From: Candidatus Woesearchaeota archaeon
GTDB taxonomy: Archaea; Nanobdellota; Nanobdellia; Woesearchaeales; DSVV01
DNA: 32,000 bases
Assembly: GCA_016192995.1 (NCBI GenBank)
Contig: JACPTB010000005.1
Coordinates: 206,791 to 238,790, forward strand
Direction of reading: 5' to 3'
Within the stretch, counting starts at the first letter, position 1, and every line of letters begins with the position of its first letter. Positions 14,979 through 24,782 of the stretch are shown here, piece by piece. The notes below the pieces were generated by a model, which did no database searches, was not told the DNA's origin, and was given only the letters and a program-made list of their open reading frames with translations. Made by a program: the position numbers and the translations under genes.

Positions 14979-15956
14979 ATGGACTCTAAAAAAATATGCG
15001 CATTATCTCATACATCGCAGAATATAGCTATCAAAGATATCATTGCCAAAATTCTTGGCGCTGAAAAAACTATGACTATTCATGCTCATGGTTTGAATTA
15101 TCCAAGTCATATGGAATGGACAGCCGATGGACGATTGCTGGTAAGTGAATTTCTTGGCGGTACTGTTAAAGATATAACTGTAGGTGGAGATTGCAGAACG
15201 ATTAAACCATTTGCTTTTAATTTTGGACATCCGGCCAGTATTCTCACAAACTATAAATCCAACCGAATTATCGTTGTTGATAATGGCAGAGGAAAAATAT
15301 ACGATATAACTGCAGGTGGAAATGCAGAGAAAGCTCCAGTAGTGTTTAGTGGTATTCCTGGACCATATGGTTTAGTTGCTCACGATGGTAAAGTTTATTC
15401 TACGTTTAGCAATAGTCGAGAAAATGGGTTAGTAAAAGTAGATGAGGGCAAAAGTTTTTCAGATGACTTAATTTTAACACGTGGGTTTCCACGAGGAGTA
15501 AGAGAAACACCTGATGCTCGTATGGAAGGAGTAGAAATAGGAGATTGCGGATCATGGTCAGCGCGAAGTGTTGGTGATCGATTACTTTATCTACATTCAG
15601 GGCTTGGCATTATTTTTGATTTAGAGCATGATGATGAAAAAGTAAGACATCATCGATGTTATTCGACTAATATTCCTATTGTAGCTCAAGGATTGTATAA
15701 GCCATTAGGTTTTACTTCACAACAAATTAATGGTCAAGATGTTCTTTTTGTTGCTGAACGTTTTGGTCATGACATTAAAGTGATTCCACCAGATGAGTAT
15801 GGTGTTGATATGAGATATATTCCTCCTGTGGTTACAGGTTTTAGAGAACCAAGCTGCTTGCGTTTCTCACCTTCAAATCTTAATGAAATGTATGTTTGCG
15901 ATTTTGCTGCAGGTGTTGTCTGGAAAATAACTTTCAAAGATTTGCTAGAGAAATAA
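14979..15956 (+). CDS. Beta-propeller-like protein (SGL/NHL-type), function unknown
   Basis: Recurrent short strands with G-x-x-Y/D-I motifs (GKIYDITAGG, DGKVYSTFSN, DRLLYLHSG, MYVCDFAAGVVWKI). Weak pattern-level call only. The start could be Met32. Confidence 0.35.
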   Translation: MDSKKICALSHTSQNIAIKDIIAKILGAEKTMTIHAHGLNYPSHMEWTADGRLLVSEFLGGTVKDITVGGDCRTIKPFAFNFGHPASILTNYKSNRIIVVDNGRGKIYDITAGGNAEKAPVVFSGIPGPYGLVAHDGKVYSTFSNSRENGLVKVDEGKSFSDDLILTRGFPRGVRETPDARMEGVEIGDCGSWSARSVGDRLLYLHSGLGIIFDLEHDDEKVRHHRCYSTNIPIVAQGLYKPLGFTSQQINGQDVLFVAERFGHDIKVIPPDEYGVDMRYIPPVVTGFREPSCLRFSPSNLNEMYVCDFAAGVVWKITFKDLLEK

Positions 15957-15987
15957 ATAATTTTGATTATACCGGGGGAATATCACT

Positions 15988-17171
15988 ATGAAAATAAATA
16001 ACATTTATGCAATAAAATCTACCGTGATTGTTTTAATTTTAATCGTAATATTTTTGAGTAGTCTTTCTTGCAGCAAAGCATCTACAATAATGACTAATAA
16101 TAATGATATTGCTAAAGAAAATAATGAGGAACGCATTACCATTGGCGTCATTCAATCATTAACGGGAAGTGGCAACCAGCAGGGAAATAATGCAAAACAC
16201 GGTATTGAACTTGCGGTTGAACATATTAATCAACAAGATGGTATCAACGGAAGAAAGTTGCAAATGATTTACGATGATGAAAAATGTGATGCTAAAATTG
16301 GTTTGAGCATTGCGCAAAAATTTATTGAAGTAGATAATGTTTCTGTTATTATTGGTCCAGGATGTTCTGGCACTTCGATGGCTGTAGCTCCTTTAGCTGA
16401 ACAAAAAAAGTAATTATGATCACACCAGTATCATCAGCAAAAGATTTAAAGTTTGCAGGAGATTTTATTTTCAGAAATCGAGTTGCTGGAGATAAATTTA
16501 GTGAAGAAATTGCGCAATTTGCTATGGCTGAGTTAAAAGCAAAGACTGCTGCCATTTTATACATTAATCAAGAAAATGGTATTACTTATCGTGATGCTTT
16601 TATCAATACATTTGATCAATTAGGTGGCATAGTTGTAATTAGTGAAGCCTATGAAAAAGGTGAAAATGATTTTAAAACCCAATTAACCAAAATAAACACT
16701 AAAAATCCTGATGTTATTTATCTTGCTGGTCAAGAACCTGAGTATGCTATAAAGCAAATTAAGGAGTTAGGAATTACAGCACAACTTCTTGGACCATTAA
16801 CCATTGAAACACCACAATTGCTCAAAACTGCAGGTCAAGCTGCTGAAGGAATTTATTATTCATATCCTTTATTTGATCCTTATGAAGGAACTGAAAAAAT
16901 GAAACAATTTAACCAACTATATCATAGTAAATTTGGGGAAGATGCTGAAGGTTATGCTGCTTATGGTTATGATGCAACTATGGTAATTGCTGATGCTTTA
17001 AAACAGTGTGAACAGAACGATACTCTGACTATATGTATTCGTGATTATCTCTATCATATTAAAAATTATGAAGGAGTAACTGGCAATATCAGTTTTGATG
17101 AATATGGTGAAGTTATACAGCCATTAACAGTGAAAACAGTTAAGGATGGACAGTTTGTCAAACTGAAATAA
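15988..17171 (+). pseudogene. LivK/Peripla_BP_6-type substrate-binding lipoprotein split by a frameshift in an A7 run
   Basis: ORFs 15988-16413 and 16416-17171 are the N- and C-halves of one SBP (GVIQSLTGS...IIGPGCSGTSMAVAPLAEQKK | VIMITPVSSAK...FRN). The second frame is open from 16401. A 1-nt shift inside caaaaaaag (16402-16410) joins them. Lipobox-like LSSLSC. Confidence 0.65.
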
Positions 17172-17191
17172 TTTATTTCAGTTTATTTTTT
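17160..17191 (+). terminator. Hairpin plus T-tract terminator at the SBP gene stop
   Basis: 12-bp inverted repeat at 17160-17171 / 17173-17184 spans the TAA stop and is followed by a T6 run at 17186-17191. Confidence 0.5.
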
Positions 17192-17303
17192 CCGTTTTAT
17201 TCGCAAACTTTCCGATAAATTATTTTTCATTTTTAAACCATTTCGGTTTATCCGAAAATTATTTCTGTTCAATACAACAATTTAACACTTTTGATTAAAT
17301 AGT

Positions 17304-17783
17304 TTAATTATCTGAAATTTTAATTATTTTTCCTTCACTCTCAATCAGTTGATTGAACATCTTTTGTAAATCTGCTGTCACTTTAGGTTCTAATTTTAAA
17401 AATTCTAAATACTCATTTTCAAAATCGATATTACTGTCTAATTTTTTGGGATTTGGTATGACTCCATTACTATTTTGTGTAGGTCTTTCATGTCCATAAT
17501 AAAACTTATTGTTAAGATGTGCAAAATGATTTCTAATTGCATTAAGTCTATCCATATTATTAAGAAATGTACTATCTATATTTGATACTATTTTTTTAAG
17601 AATATTCCTTCTTAATCCATAACTAAATGAGTCCTGATAAAGAACTTCTAAAATAAATTTTACATTTGTATCCTTGAAATAATTCTGTGTTATTATTACA
17701 TTAATCCACATTTCACAGTTTATGAATTTTTCAATCACTTCACTTCTTTGTTTAGATAACGCTTCATTTTCCATTTTAATCAA
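17304..17783 (-). CDS. Stand-alone HEPN-domain protein (Abi/DUF4145-like, R-N-x-x-A-H motif)
   Basis: LNAIRNHFAHLNN contains the R-x4-H HEPN catalytic motif in its usual RNxxAH form. The protein appears helical, 159 aa. Confidence 0.55.
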   Translation of the reverse strand: MIKMENEALSKQRSEVIEKFINCEMWINVIITQNYFKDTNVKFILEVLYQDSFSYGLRRNILKKIVSNIDSTFLNNMDRLNAIRNHFAHLNNKFYYGHERPTQNSNGVIPNPKKLDSNIDFENEYLEFLKLEPKVTADLQKMFNQLIESEGKIIKISDN

Positions 17784-17798
17784 TTTTTAATAATATAA

Positions 17799-19718
17799 TT
17801 ATTTCACCATCTCTTTTACTTTCTTTACCACACTTTCAGAATCCAATCCCTGGTAAGGAATATGCTCATAAATCCCACCAGCTCCTAATTTATGCGTTCC
17901 AAGATGATCATAGTTACCTTTAAATCCCTGCTGCAACAGCCAAGTGCCAAATCTTATTCCTAAACCGGTTTTTATATTCTGGCTTTCGACGACTAAAATA
18001 AAAGAAGCGTTACTCAATTTCTTCATCATTGCTTCATCAATAACATTCAAGGTATTTTTATTAATTAATCCCATAGAAATACCTTGTTGTTTTAATTGTT
18101 CAACTGCATCCAAACAACGATATAACATATCACCATAAGAAACAATATATCCTTGTTTTATATATCCTTGTTTCCCCTCTCGAATAAGATCATCTTTTCC
18201 TGTAAAAATATAATTTTTAAATAATTGATTTCCTTTTTCATCCAGGATAAAAGGAACTGAGCTTCGCGTTGAAAAAATAAATCGCAATCCTTTTTCAAAA
18301 AATATTTTTTCCAACATCGCTTTCATCTGCAAAGCATCAGCAGGGAAATATAATCGAGTGTTATCATGTTCTGGAATGCCGTTGTCAGCAAAAAAATTAT
18401 TAATGCCGTAATGACAAGTATTATCTGCCATCCAGTCAACACCAGCATGGGAAAAATGCGCTAGAACATTGCTGTGATTTAAGCGCGACATCGTTATTTC
18501 TGAAACAACCATTTCCAAAAATGCTGAAAATGTTGCAAATATTCCTTGTTTGTCGTTGTCATAACCAAAACCAGCAGCAGCCGAGAAATTATTTCTTTCC
18601 ATGACCCCACCTTCAACATAAATATCAGAAAATTGATCTTTGATTACTTTCAAACCAGTGCTGCCATCTAAATCGCAATCAAATACTTTTACCGTTTTCT
18701 TCCGTTGCTCAGTTGGCATTTGTCTGAGAATATTGCAAATAATTTTACCAAACTCACTTCTGTTCGTTGCAACTTCTTTGCTTGATCCAAGATAACTGGT
18801 AGTTGCATCCTTAACTTTCACTGCAGATTTTAACATGGCAACAGCTTCACTATACCCATGTTTTTCAAGATATTTTATTGCCACATCAGCAGCTACAACA
18901 TCATGGGCTTTATGAGAATCTTCTATACCCTCGATACCAACAGCCATTTTTCTTTTGTTAAGAAGCACTGCAGGTTTCTTTGATAGAATTGCAGTTCTCA
19001 TTCTTGTATACAATGATTCTAAATTCTCTGGATCGCCTTGGTCAACTGACAAACCATGACCTTCTAATGTTTTTTTCAAGTCATAGCCTTTCATGTATTC
19101 ATTCGGATGTCCAGAGATAGTAATATTGTTATCATCAATGGTAAGAACTATTTTTAATTGTTGAGCAACACAACAGCGTGCCGCTTCTGCGTCATTGCCT
19201 TCCTGCTGGCTTCCATCACTGCCAAACAATATTATCTTTTTATCAGGGTGCGCTAATGCAACACCATTAACAAAACTCCACATATGCCCTAATCTTCCTG
19301 AACTAAATTTTATTCCTAATTTCTCATCACGTTCAGGATGTCCGTACAATCCAAAGCCATGTTCACGATAATGAAGCAAGGTTTCTGGCGTGATTGCTTT
19401 ATTTTGTTGATCTAATGCAGACATTATGTATTGAATAGCAACTCTATGGCCTGCTTCATCCCAAAATATAGGCATTACATTGTTGTTTTTATTGCGCATG
19501 AAACCATCAGCCAACAATACTTCGGGAACAATATCATATGGTCCTCCAGTATGTCCACCTAAACCTCTTGCACCAGCATAAGCTGTGAAAAATACGATGC
19601 TGTCTCTGACTAATTGTATATTTGTTTGTAATTGTTTTTTTTGCTCTGAAGATAGTTTTTCCTGTTGGAGATCAAGAATTACAGGTTTGTAGGATGATAG
19701 GTTTATAGGGAATTTCAT
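17799..19718 (-). CDS. Transketolase-family thiamine-diphosphate enzyme (fused N- and C-terminal parts)
   Basis: GGHTGGPYDIVPE, GSDGSQQEGNDAEAAR (GDG-x-EG TPP motif), MERNNFSAAAGF and HAGVDWMADNTCHYG. 639 aa. Confidence 0.75.
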   Translation of the reverse strand: MKFPINLSSYKPVILDLQQEKLSSEQKKQLQTNIQLVRDSIVFFTAYAGARGLGGHTGGPYDIVPEVLLADGFMRNKNNNVMPIFWDEAGHRVAIQYIMSALDQQNKAITPETLLHYREHGFGLYGHPERDEKLGIKFSSGRLGHMWSFVNGVALAHPDKKIILFGSDGSQQEGNDAEAARCCVAQQLKIVLTIDDNNITISGHPNEYMKGYDLKKTLEGHGLSVDQGDPENLESLYTRMRTAILSKKPAVLLNKRKMAVGIEGIEDSHKAHDVVAADVAIKYLEKHGYSEAVAMLKSAVKVKDATTSYLGSSKEVATNRSEFGKIICNILRQMPTEQRKKTVKVFDCDLDGSTGLKVIKDQFSDIYVEGGVMERNNFSAAAGFGYDNDKQGIFATFSAFLEMVVSEITMSRLNHSNVLAHFSHAGVDWMADNTCHYGINNFFADNGIPEHDNTRLYFPADALQMKAMLEKIFFEKGLRFIFSTRSSVPFILDEKGNQLFKNYIFTGKDDLIREGKQGYIKQGYIVSYGDMLYRCLDAVEQLKQQGISMGLINKNTLNVIDEAMMKKLSNASFILVVESQNIKTGLGIRFGTWLLQQGFKGNYDHLGTHKLGAGGIYEHIPYQGLDSESVVKKVKEMVK

Positions 19719-19775
19719 AACAGTTGTAGATTTGAGGTAAATTAATAAATATTTGCTTATTTAAAATTCTTCATT

Positions 19776-21554
19776 CTATACCCCCCAAACCGGATTATCC
19801 TTCCTCATAATCTCTGCTATTTCCTTCAATACTTCAATTTCTTCCTTTTTCAGCAGATGTTTCATTTCTTTCAATTTCTTAAAGTGCCCTTCAGGAATTG
19901 CTGTGTAAAGGATATCTCCTTCTTGAATTTGTCTGCCAACCGTTGGTCCGTCAATTGAAATAGGCAATTGCTTTGGCGCAGTTGTTTCTGAAACATTCTC
20001 TTGCTCAATTTTAATTGATTTAATAACACCAATATGCCCAGGAGTATTTTTCATTAATGCAGTTCCTATTTTTATTTTGCCTGCTAGTAAATCAACTCCT
20101 ATGATTGCGGGATGTGATTGCCTAAACGTATGATTGCGTAAAAATTCAAGTTTTGCCGGATACATTAAGCCATCTAAATTCTTCTGTTCTCCAAGTTTCT
20201 TTTGCATATCCAACCATTTTTCAAATTGCTCTAATAAAGAATAAATAACTTCATGAGTGATAATTTTCACTGCTGATCTACTAGCATAATCTGCAACATC
20301 TGAAGCAATCACTACATTAAAACCAAGAATAACACCTTTAAGAGGATTCTTTGCAATTACTGCTTCTGCTTCGATAATATCTTTTTTAGTAATATCGCCG
20401 ATAGTAGCTTTTCTTACAATAAGATTTTTCTCTTTGAGTAGTGAGATCATTGCCTCTAAACTGCCAAGAGAATCAGCTTTGATAATAATTCCTTCTTTAT
20501 CTGTTTCAATAATAACTTCCTCAACCTGCGATTGAATTTCTTCAACTGCTTTTTGAAGATTATCTCCGACAACCATAAGAGGCATTCCTGCAACAACACC
20601 ATCTAATTCAGGCGCAGCAATTTTGATGCCTGTTGCTGCAAAAGCAGTTTTAACCGAAGCAAACTTTGATTTAGCATCCCGCATTTCATGCAAAGGCACT
20701 GGCTCGAATAATGCTTTTACTTTGGTAATAATAGGTTTTCCAATGCCGCCAATAATTAAGGTATCTTTTACCTTTATTTGCCCGTCATAAATAATAACAT
20801 CAATAGTTTTGCCTAGACCTTTGTCTTCTTTCACTTCAAGAATGCTTCCCTTTGCAGGTCCATCTAATTCATATCTTAAACTTTCATTAAGATATTTCTG
20901 CGTTAATCCTGTTAAAACCATTAATAATTCAGGCAAACCTAACCCTGTTTTAGCAGAGATAGGAATAAGAGAAAGTTGTTTTGTAATATCAGTTACACGA
21001 TCAAAGCGTTCAGCCTGAAACCCAAGTTCATAGAATTTCCCTACCAACTCATAAAGCCTTGTTTCAAACAATCCAAGCGTTGCAGGAATTTGCTTAGTTA
21101 TATTCATGAGCAATGGTTCGTCATTCACTTTCCAGCCATTAATAAGATCGATTTTATTAGCTGCTATGATAAAAGGTGTTTTAGAAACTTTCAATATTTC
21201 AATTGCCTCAAAAGTTTGCGGTTTAAACCCTTCATTAATATCAACAACAAGGATGGCAATATCTGCCAAATTACCTCCACGTTTTCTTAAGTTAGAAAAA
21301 GCAGCATGACCTGGAGTATCAATAAACAACAATCCTGGAATAGTTAATGCTACCTTGAGCTGTTTAAGCAATGAACCGCAAAGCCGAGTAATAGTTTCAG
21401 CTGGGATAATAGAAGCGCCTATTGCCTGGGTAATGGCGCCTGATTCACGTTCAGTAACGGTTGTTCTTCTAATAGTATCTAATAAGGTGGTTTTACCATG
21501 ATCAACATGGCCAAGTATAGTTACAATTGGTTTACGCATGATAGATGGTGGCAT
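19776..21554 (-). CDS. infB: Translation initiation factor aIF5B (IF-2 homologue)
   Basis: GTPase motifs ILGHVDHGKTTLLD, DTPGH and NKID. 592 aa, as in archaeal aIF5B. No intein. Confidence 0.9.
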   Translation of the reverse strand: MPPSIMRKPIVTILGHVDHGKTTLLDTIRRTTVTERESGAITQAIGASIIPAETITRLCGSLLKQLKVALTIPGLLFIDTPGHAAFSNLRKRGGNLADIAILVVDINEGFKPQTFEAIEILKVSKTPFIIAANKIDLINGWKVNDEPLLMNITKQIPATLGLFETRLYELVGKFYELGFQAERFDRVTDITKQLSLIPISAKTGLGLPELLMVLTGLTQKYLNESLRYELDGPAKGSILEVKEDKGLGKTIDVIIYDGQIKVKDTLIIGGIGKPIITKVKALFEPVPLHEMRDAKSKFASVKTAFAATGIKIAAPELDGVVAGMPLMVVGDNLQKAVEEIQSQVEEVIIETDKEGIIIKADSLGSLEAMISLLKEKNLIVRKATIGDITKKDIIEAEAVIAKNPLKGVILGFNVVIASDVADYASRSAVKIITHEVIYSLLEQFEKWLDMQKKLGEQKNLDGLMYPAKLEFLRNHTFRQSHPAIIGVDLLAGKIKIGTALMKNTPGHIGVIKSIKIEQENVSETTAPKQLPISIDGPTVGRQIQEGDILYTAIPEGHFKKLKEMKHLLKKEEIEVLKEIAEIMRKDNPVWGV

Positions 21555-21812
21555 ATTATGATAAAATATGATGGGTATTTTAAAGGTTGCGGAATGATGT
21601 TGGTTTAGACATAATTTTATCTAATATTTATTCATATATCCTTTTAAAAGATTTAACTCAATATGTTCTTAAAATAGAAAAGTTTTTACATACTTAAGTT
21701 TTTTCCCCCAAAATGAGAAAAAATTTTACATTATTTGGAACTTTAATTGGTATATTGTCTATTTTATTATTATTATTATTTATATATGTGATATTAAAAT
21801 TATTACTTTAAA

Positions 21813-22715
21813 ATGGAACCCATATACGAACAAATTCAAAAAAAAATAATTAGGCAATATAAACAAAGAGCTTTTTTTAATAGGGTTAGTAATACAAATT
21901 TAACAGTTATGGTTATTTCTATTATCGTTATAATCTTTTCTTTATTGCTTTGGAATATAAAATATATAATTATAGCTTTAGTTCTATGTTTTGTTGAATA
22001 TTTTATTGATAAACGATGTAAAGCAGACTTGGAATCTATTGGTCCTTTAATTAATTTTGAATATAGATTATTAATTTTTATAAATTTATTTTCTGAATTT
22101 CAAAAGAAGAAAAACTTTCTTACTTATTTTTTGTATAATAACAAATTTCAGAAATCTTTAAATAAGTTAGAAGATGAATTCCCAAATTTAAATGAATTTC
22201 CTATTCTTTCAATTTCACAAGATTTGATTTCTTCTTTTCAAACATTTACTAAAATTATTAATCGTATTAAAGAATTGAACTATTTGAAAAATATTGAAAT
22301 TAACAAGACCGACTCTTTAATTTTAAATAGTATACTAAATAAACTTTTATCTTCTTATGATCAACGCGATTTAATGTCTGTAAACAAACGTTTAAACTCT
22401 TTTCTTGCTCAATTAGAGAAATTTCAAAAGCCTAAATCTGAACTGGGACTTTTCTTTGGGAAAACATTAGGAGATATTTTTAATTTATTTAGCGAAGCAA
22501 TTCGTATTCCTAAATTAAAAATGCCTAATTTGTTAAAATGGATTATATTATTTTTATCGGTGTATTTTGTATATTTTTTATTACATTATCTCAATTCTTT
22601 ATTAAGTGAGGATGTATTGTGGTTTAAACCAATTTTTGATGCTTCTCAAATATTGATCCCAATTATTATTTCAACTTTTGGAGTTATAAATCTCTTAGGT
22701 CTTTCAAAAACTTAA
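21813..22715 (+). CDS. Hypothetical membrane protein in an extremely AT-rich islet
   Basis: A 300-codon open frame in sequence with 9-13 G+C per 60 nt (hand count of two lines) is unlikely by chance. N- and C-terminal hydrophobic helices. No family recognised. Confidence 0.5.
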   Translation: MEPIYEQIQKKIIRQYKQRAFFNRVSNTNLTVMVISIIVIIFSLLLWNIKYIIIALVLCFVEYFIDKRCKADLESIGPLINFEYRLLIFINLFSEFQKKKNFLTYFLYNNKFQKSLNKLEDEFPNLNEFPILSISQDLISSFQTFTKIINRIKELNYLKNIEINKTDSLILNSILNKLLSSYDQRDLMSVNKRLNSFLAQLEKFQKPKSELGLFFGKTLGDIFNLFSEAIRIPKLKMPNLLKWIILFLSVYFVYFLLHYLNSLLSEDVLWFKPIFDASQILIPIIISTFGVINLLGLSKT

Positions 22716-22947
22716 CAAAACCCTTTAACTTAATATTTGAATCTTCTTTCATACTCTTTATGATCAAACCATTCAAGAACAATGCTTACAATCTTTTAAT
22801 TCATCAATTTAAATAGTCTAAATCAAAAGAAATCAAGGATCTTTCTTATCTTTTAACATCTTTTTTGACATTTTATCAAAATCTAAGTTATGGTATTATG
22901 TTGATGTGTTTTTTATCACTCACAGTGTATCCATTTTTTGCACTAAC

Positions 22948-23874
22948 TCAAGCTTCATTGATTTCCAGCCGATCAAGTATTTTGAATATTTCTTTATCGA
23001 ATTTTGAGAATGCTAACCATTTCTTTCCTAAATCTTTTAAAGATGCCCCTAAGTGATAGACTTCTTTATTATCAATTATCAGAAACCTATCATGTGATAG
23101 CTTAAATTCTTTAACTTCAATGGGGGGATATTGTGAATTATATTTCATTAAATCGAGTGAGAATTGTTTAGAAATCTCTTTAGTGAATATAGTAACTTGC
23201 ACCAGCTTATTTCTTTTGTTTAACATAGTCAATACGGTGTCATCTAGATAATTATCAATAAGAATTATTGACTTGTTAGCACTTCTGATTATTCTGCTAA
23301 TGAATTGATATGAATCAAATATTTGTCCATCGAAAAATATACCTTTTTCAGGTATAGTTTCCTTATTCTGTAGGGCATCAAATATTTCATCAAATTTTTT
23401 ATCATAATTTATCTGCTTTTTTTCCACACTATTTAATCTATGAAATATTTGAGTATTTAAAGAAATAAGCTTCCTCATTGTTACAAAAGCATTGATTATT
23501 TTTATACTTACCCTTATTGCACTATCACTCTTTAATACTGCTGAAAGCATTCCAACTCCTTGCTCAGTAAAAACATAAGGTAAATACTTTCGATGATGGC
23601 CTCTTTCACTGTTTAAGGTCACAACTTGTGACCTTAGATCCTTTATACTTGGAGTCACTAATTGTGATCTCAGGTGATTAAACTCTTCAAGATTTAATTG
23701 AAACATAAATTCCTTTGGAAATCTTTCAGAATTTCTCTTAACAGCTTGGTTTAATACTTTTGTCTTGACATCATAGAGTTCTGCAAGATCTGTATCAACC
23801 ATTACTTGTAAACCTCTTACAGAATAAATTCTACTTTTTATATCGCCAATATTTATGAGTGAGTTATTAGTCAT
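22948..23874 (-). CDS. ORF6N-domain (KilA-N-like) DNA-binding protein with a conserved C-terminal HDRFLIID...GASLKDLGKK domain
   Basis: SRIYSVRGLQVMVDTDLAELYDVKTKVLNQAVKRNSERFPKEFMFQL is the canonical ORF6N signature. C-terminal H-x-R-x4-D...G-A-S resembles a degenerate PLD/HKD motif (inference). Confidence 0.8.
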   Translation of the reverse strand: MTNNSLINIGDIKSRIYSVRGLQVMVDTDLAELYDVKTKVLNQAVKRNSERFPKEFMFQLNLEEFNHLRSQLVTPSIKDLRSQVVTLNSERGHHRKYLPYVFTEQGVGMLSAVLKSDSAIRVSIKIINAFVTMRKLISLNTQIFHRLNSVEKKQINYDKKFDEIFDALQNKETIPEKGIFFDGQIFDSYQFISRIIRSANKSIILIDNYLDDTVLTMLNKRNKLVQVTIFTKEISKQFSLDLMKYNSQYPPIEVKEFKLSHDRFLIIDNKEVYHLGASLKDLGKKWLAFSKFDKEIFKILDRLEINEA

Positions 23875-24086
23875 TTTCCATCTTACGAACTAATGTGAGT
23901 AGCTTATAAACCTTACTTCAACATGTCCAGTGGAAACGCTAAATTCGGAAAGTTTTCAAATAGAATGAAACCTTTTCGGAAATCCATGAATAAAATGATT
24001 AAATTATAACTTAAATCTCCACTGGACATATGGCTGTCTACTGCTTGGTATCTTGCTTCTGCATATTCTACACACCCCACCTTTCC

Positions 24087-24251
24087 GGCTTCGGTGAAAA
24101 TCTCGGCATAGCCTCGGTTTTGGTGCCGTGATTATCTCACTTATTATATATAAGAAGGAAAAAATTCCTATTGGAATTTCCTTTTTTCTTGTACGTTAAT
24201 TTGAAAGATAATCACCAGCATGGCACCAAAAACTACATTTTCACCGAAGCC
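24087..24251 (+). mobile_element. Intact hairpin MITE with GGCTTCGGTGAAAAT termini and 8-bp TSD
   Basis: ggcttcggtgaaaat (24087-24101) pairs with attttcaccgaagcc (24237-24251). Direct repeat acctttcc at 24079-24086 and 24253-24260, with one extra base (a24252). Inner stems ttttggtgcc / ggcaccaaaa and gtgattatc / gataatcac. Central module at 24155-24190. Confidence 0.8.
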
Positions 24252-24335
24252 AACCTTTCCGAAAACCTTAAATATAACCAACAGACACTGCATAACTCTC
24301 AAAACAAAATAAGAAGAAATCAAGTACATGAAGTA

Positions 24336-24770
24336 ATGTGGCAAGATGAAAACATGAGCGTAGATGACGTAACAACAGATGAAGTAACAAGCTATGATAT
24401 GAAATCAAGAAAACCTTCTGTAGATTCTTCAGTTTCTGATAAAACTCCAGTGCAGTTCTATGGAAAACGAGTCATGATAAGGGATGTTTCTGATCCTAGA
24501 AACGTAAATATTGTAGGAGTTTTGCATCCTGATAATGGAGAACTATCCTGCCGTTTAGATTTTCTCGATCAAGGTGTTGCAAAAACAACGTACTTTGATC
24601 CTGATGCATTAAGAGTTAAAGAAGTAGATGGTAAATATACCTTATTAACTGCAGAAAGAAGTTTAGAAACAGTTTCAGTACATGGTGTAGCAGGGGCGCT
24701 TAAACGATTAGATCTTTATAGACGCGGTGTTCGTGTTCATAACACAGTTTATCCAGCAAATCATATCTAA
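24336..24770 (+). CDS. Hypothetical protein
   Basis: Start moved to ATG 24336 (MWQDENMSVDD) because the track ORF begins inside the MITE. No family recognised. Confidence 0.4.
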   Translation: MWQDENMSVDDVTTDEVTSYDMKSRKPSVDSSVSDKTPVQFYGKRVMIRDVSDPRNVNIVGVLHPDNGELSCRLDFLDQGVAKTTYFDPDALRVKEVDGKYTLLTAERSLETVSVHGVAGALKRLDLYRRGVRVHNTVYPANHI

Positions 24771-24782
24771 ATATTTTTATCT

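Noticed and set aside
19776-21554. Checked aIF5B for an intein, since an IF2 intein is known in some archaea.
   Set aside because: The protein is 592 aa with contiguous GTPase and C-terminal domains and has no Cys/Ser...HN-bounded insertion.
21713-21811. 32-aa hydrophobic ORF (MRKNFTLFGTLIGILSILLLLLFIYVILKLLL) just upstream of the 300-aa membrane protein gene.
   Set aside because: In sequence this AT-rich a short Leu/Ile/Phe-rich ORF is easily produced by chance, and no ribosome-binding site was seen. It is mentioned only as a possibility within the AT-rich islet finding.
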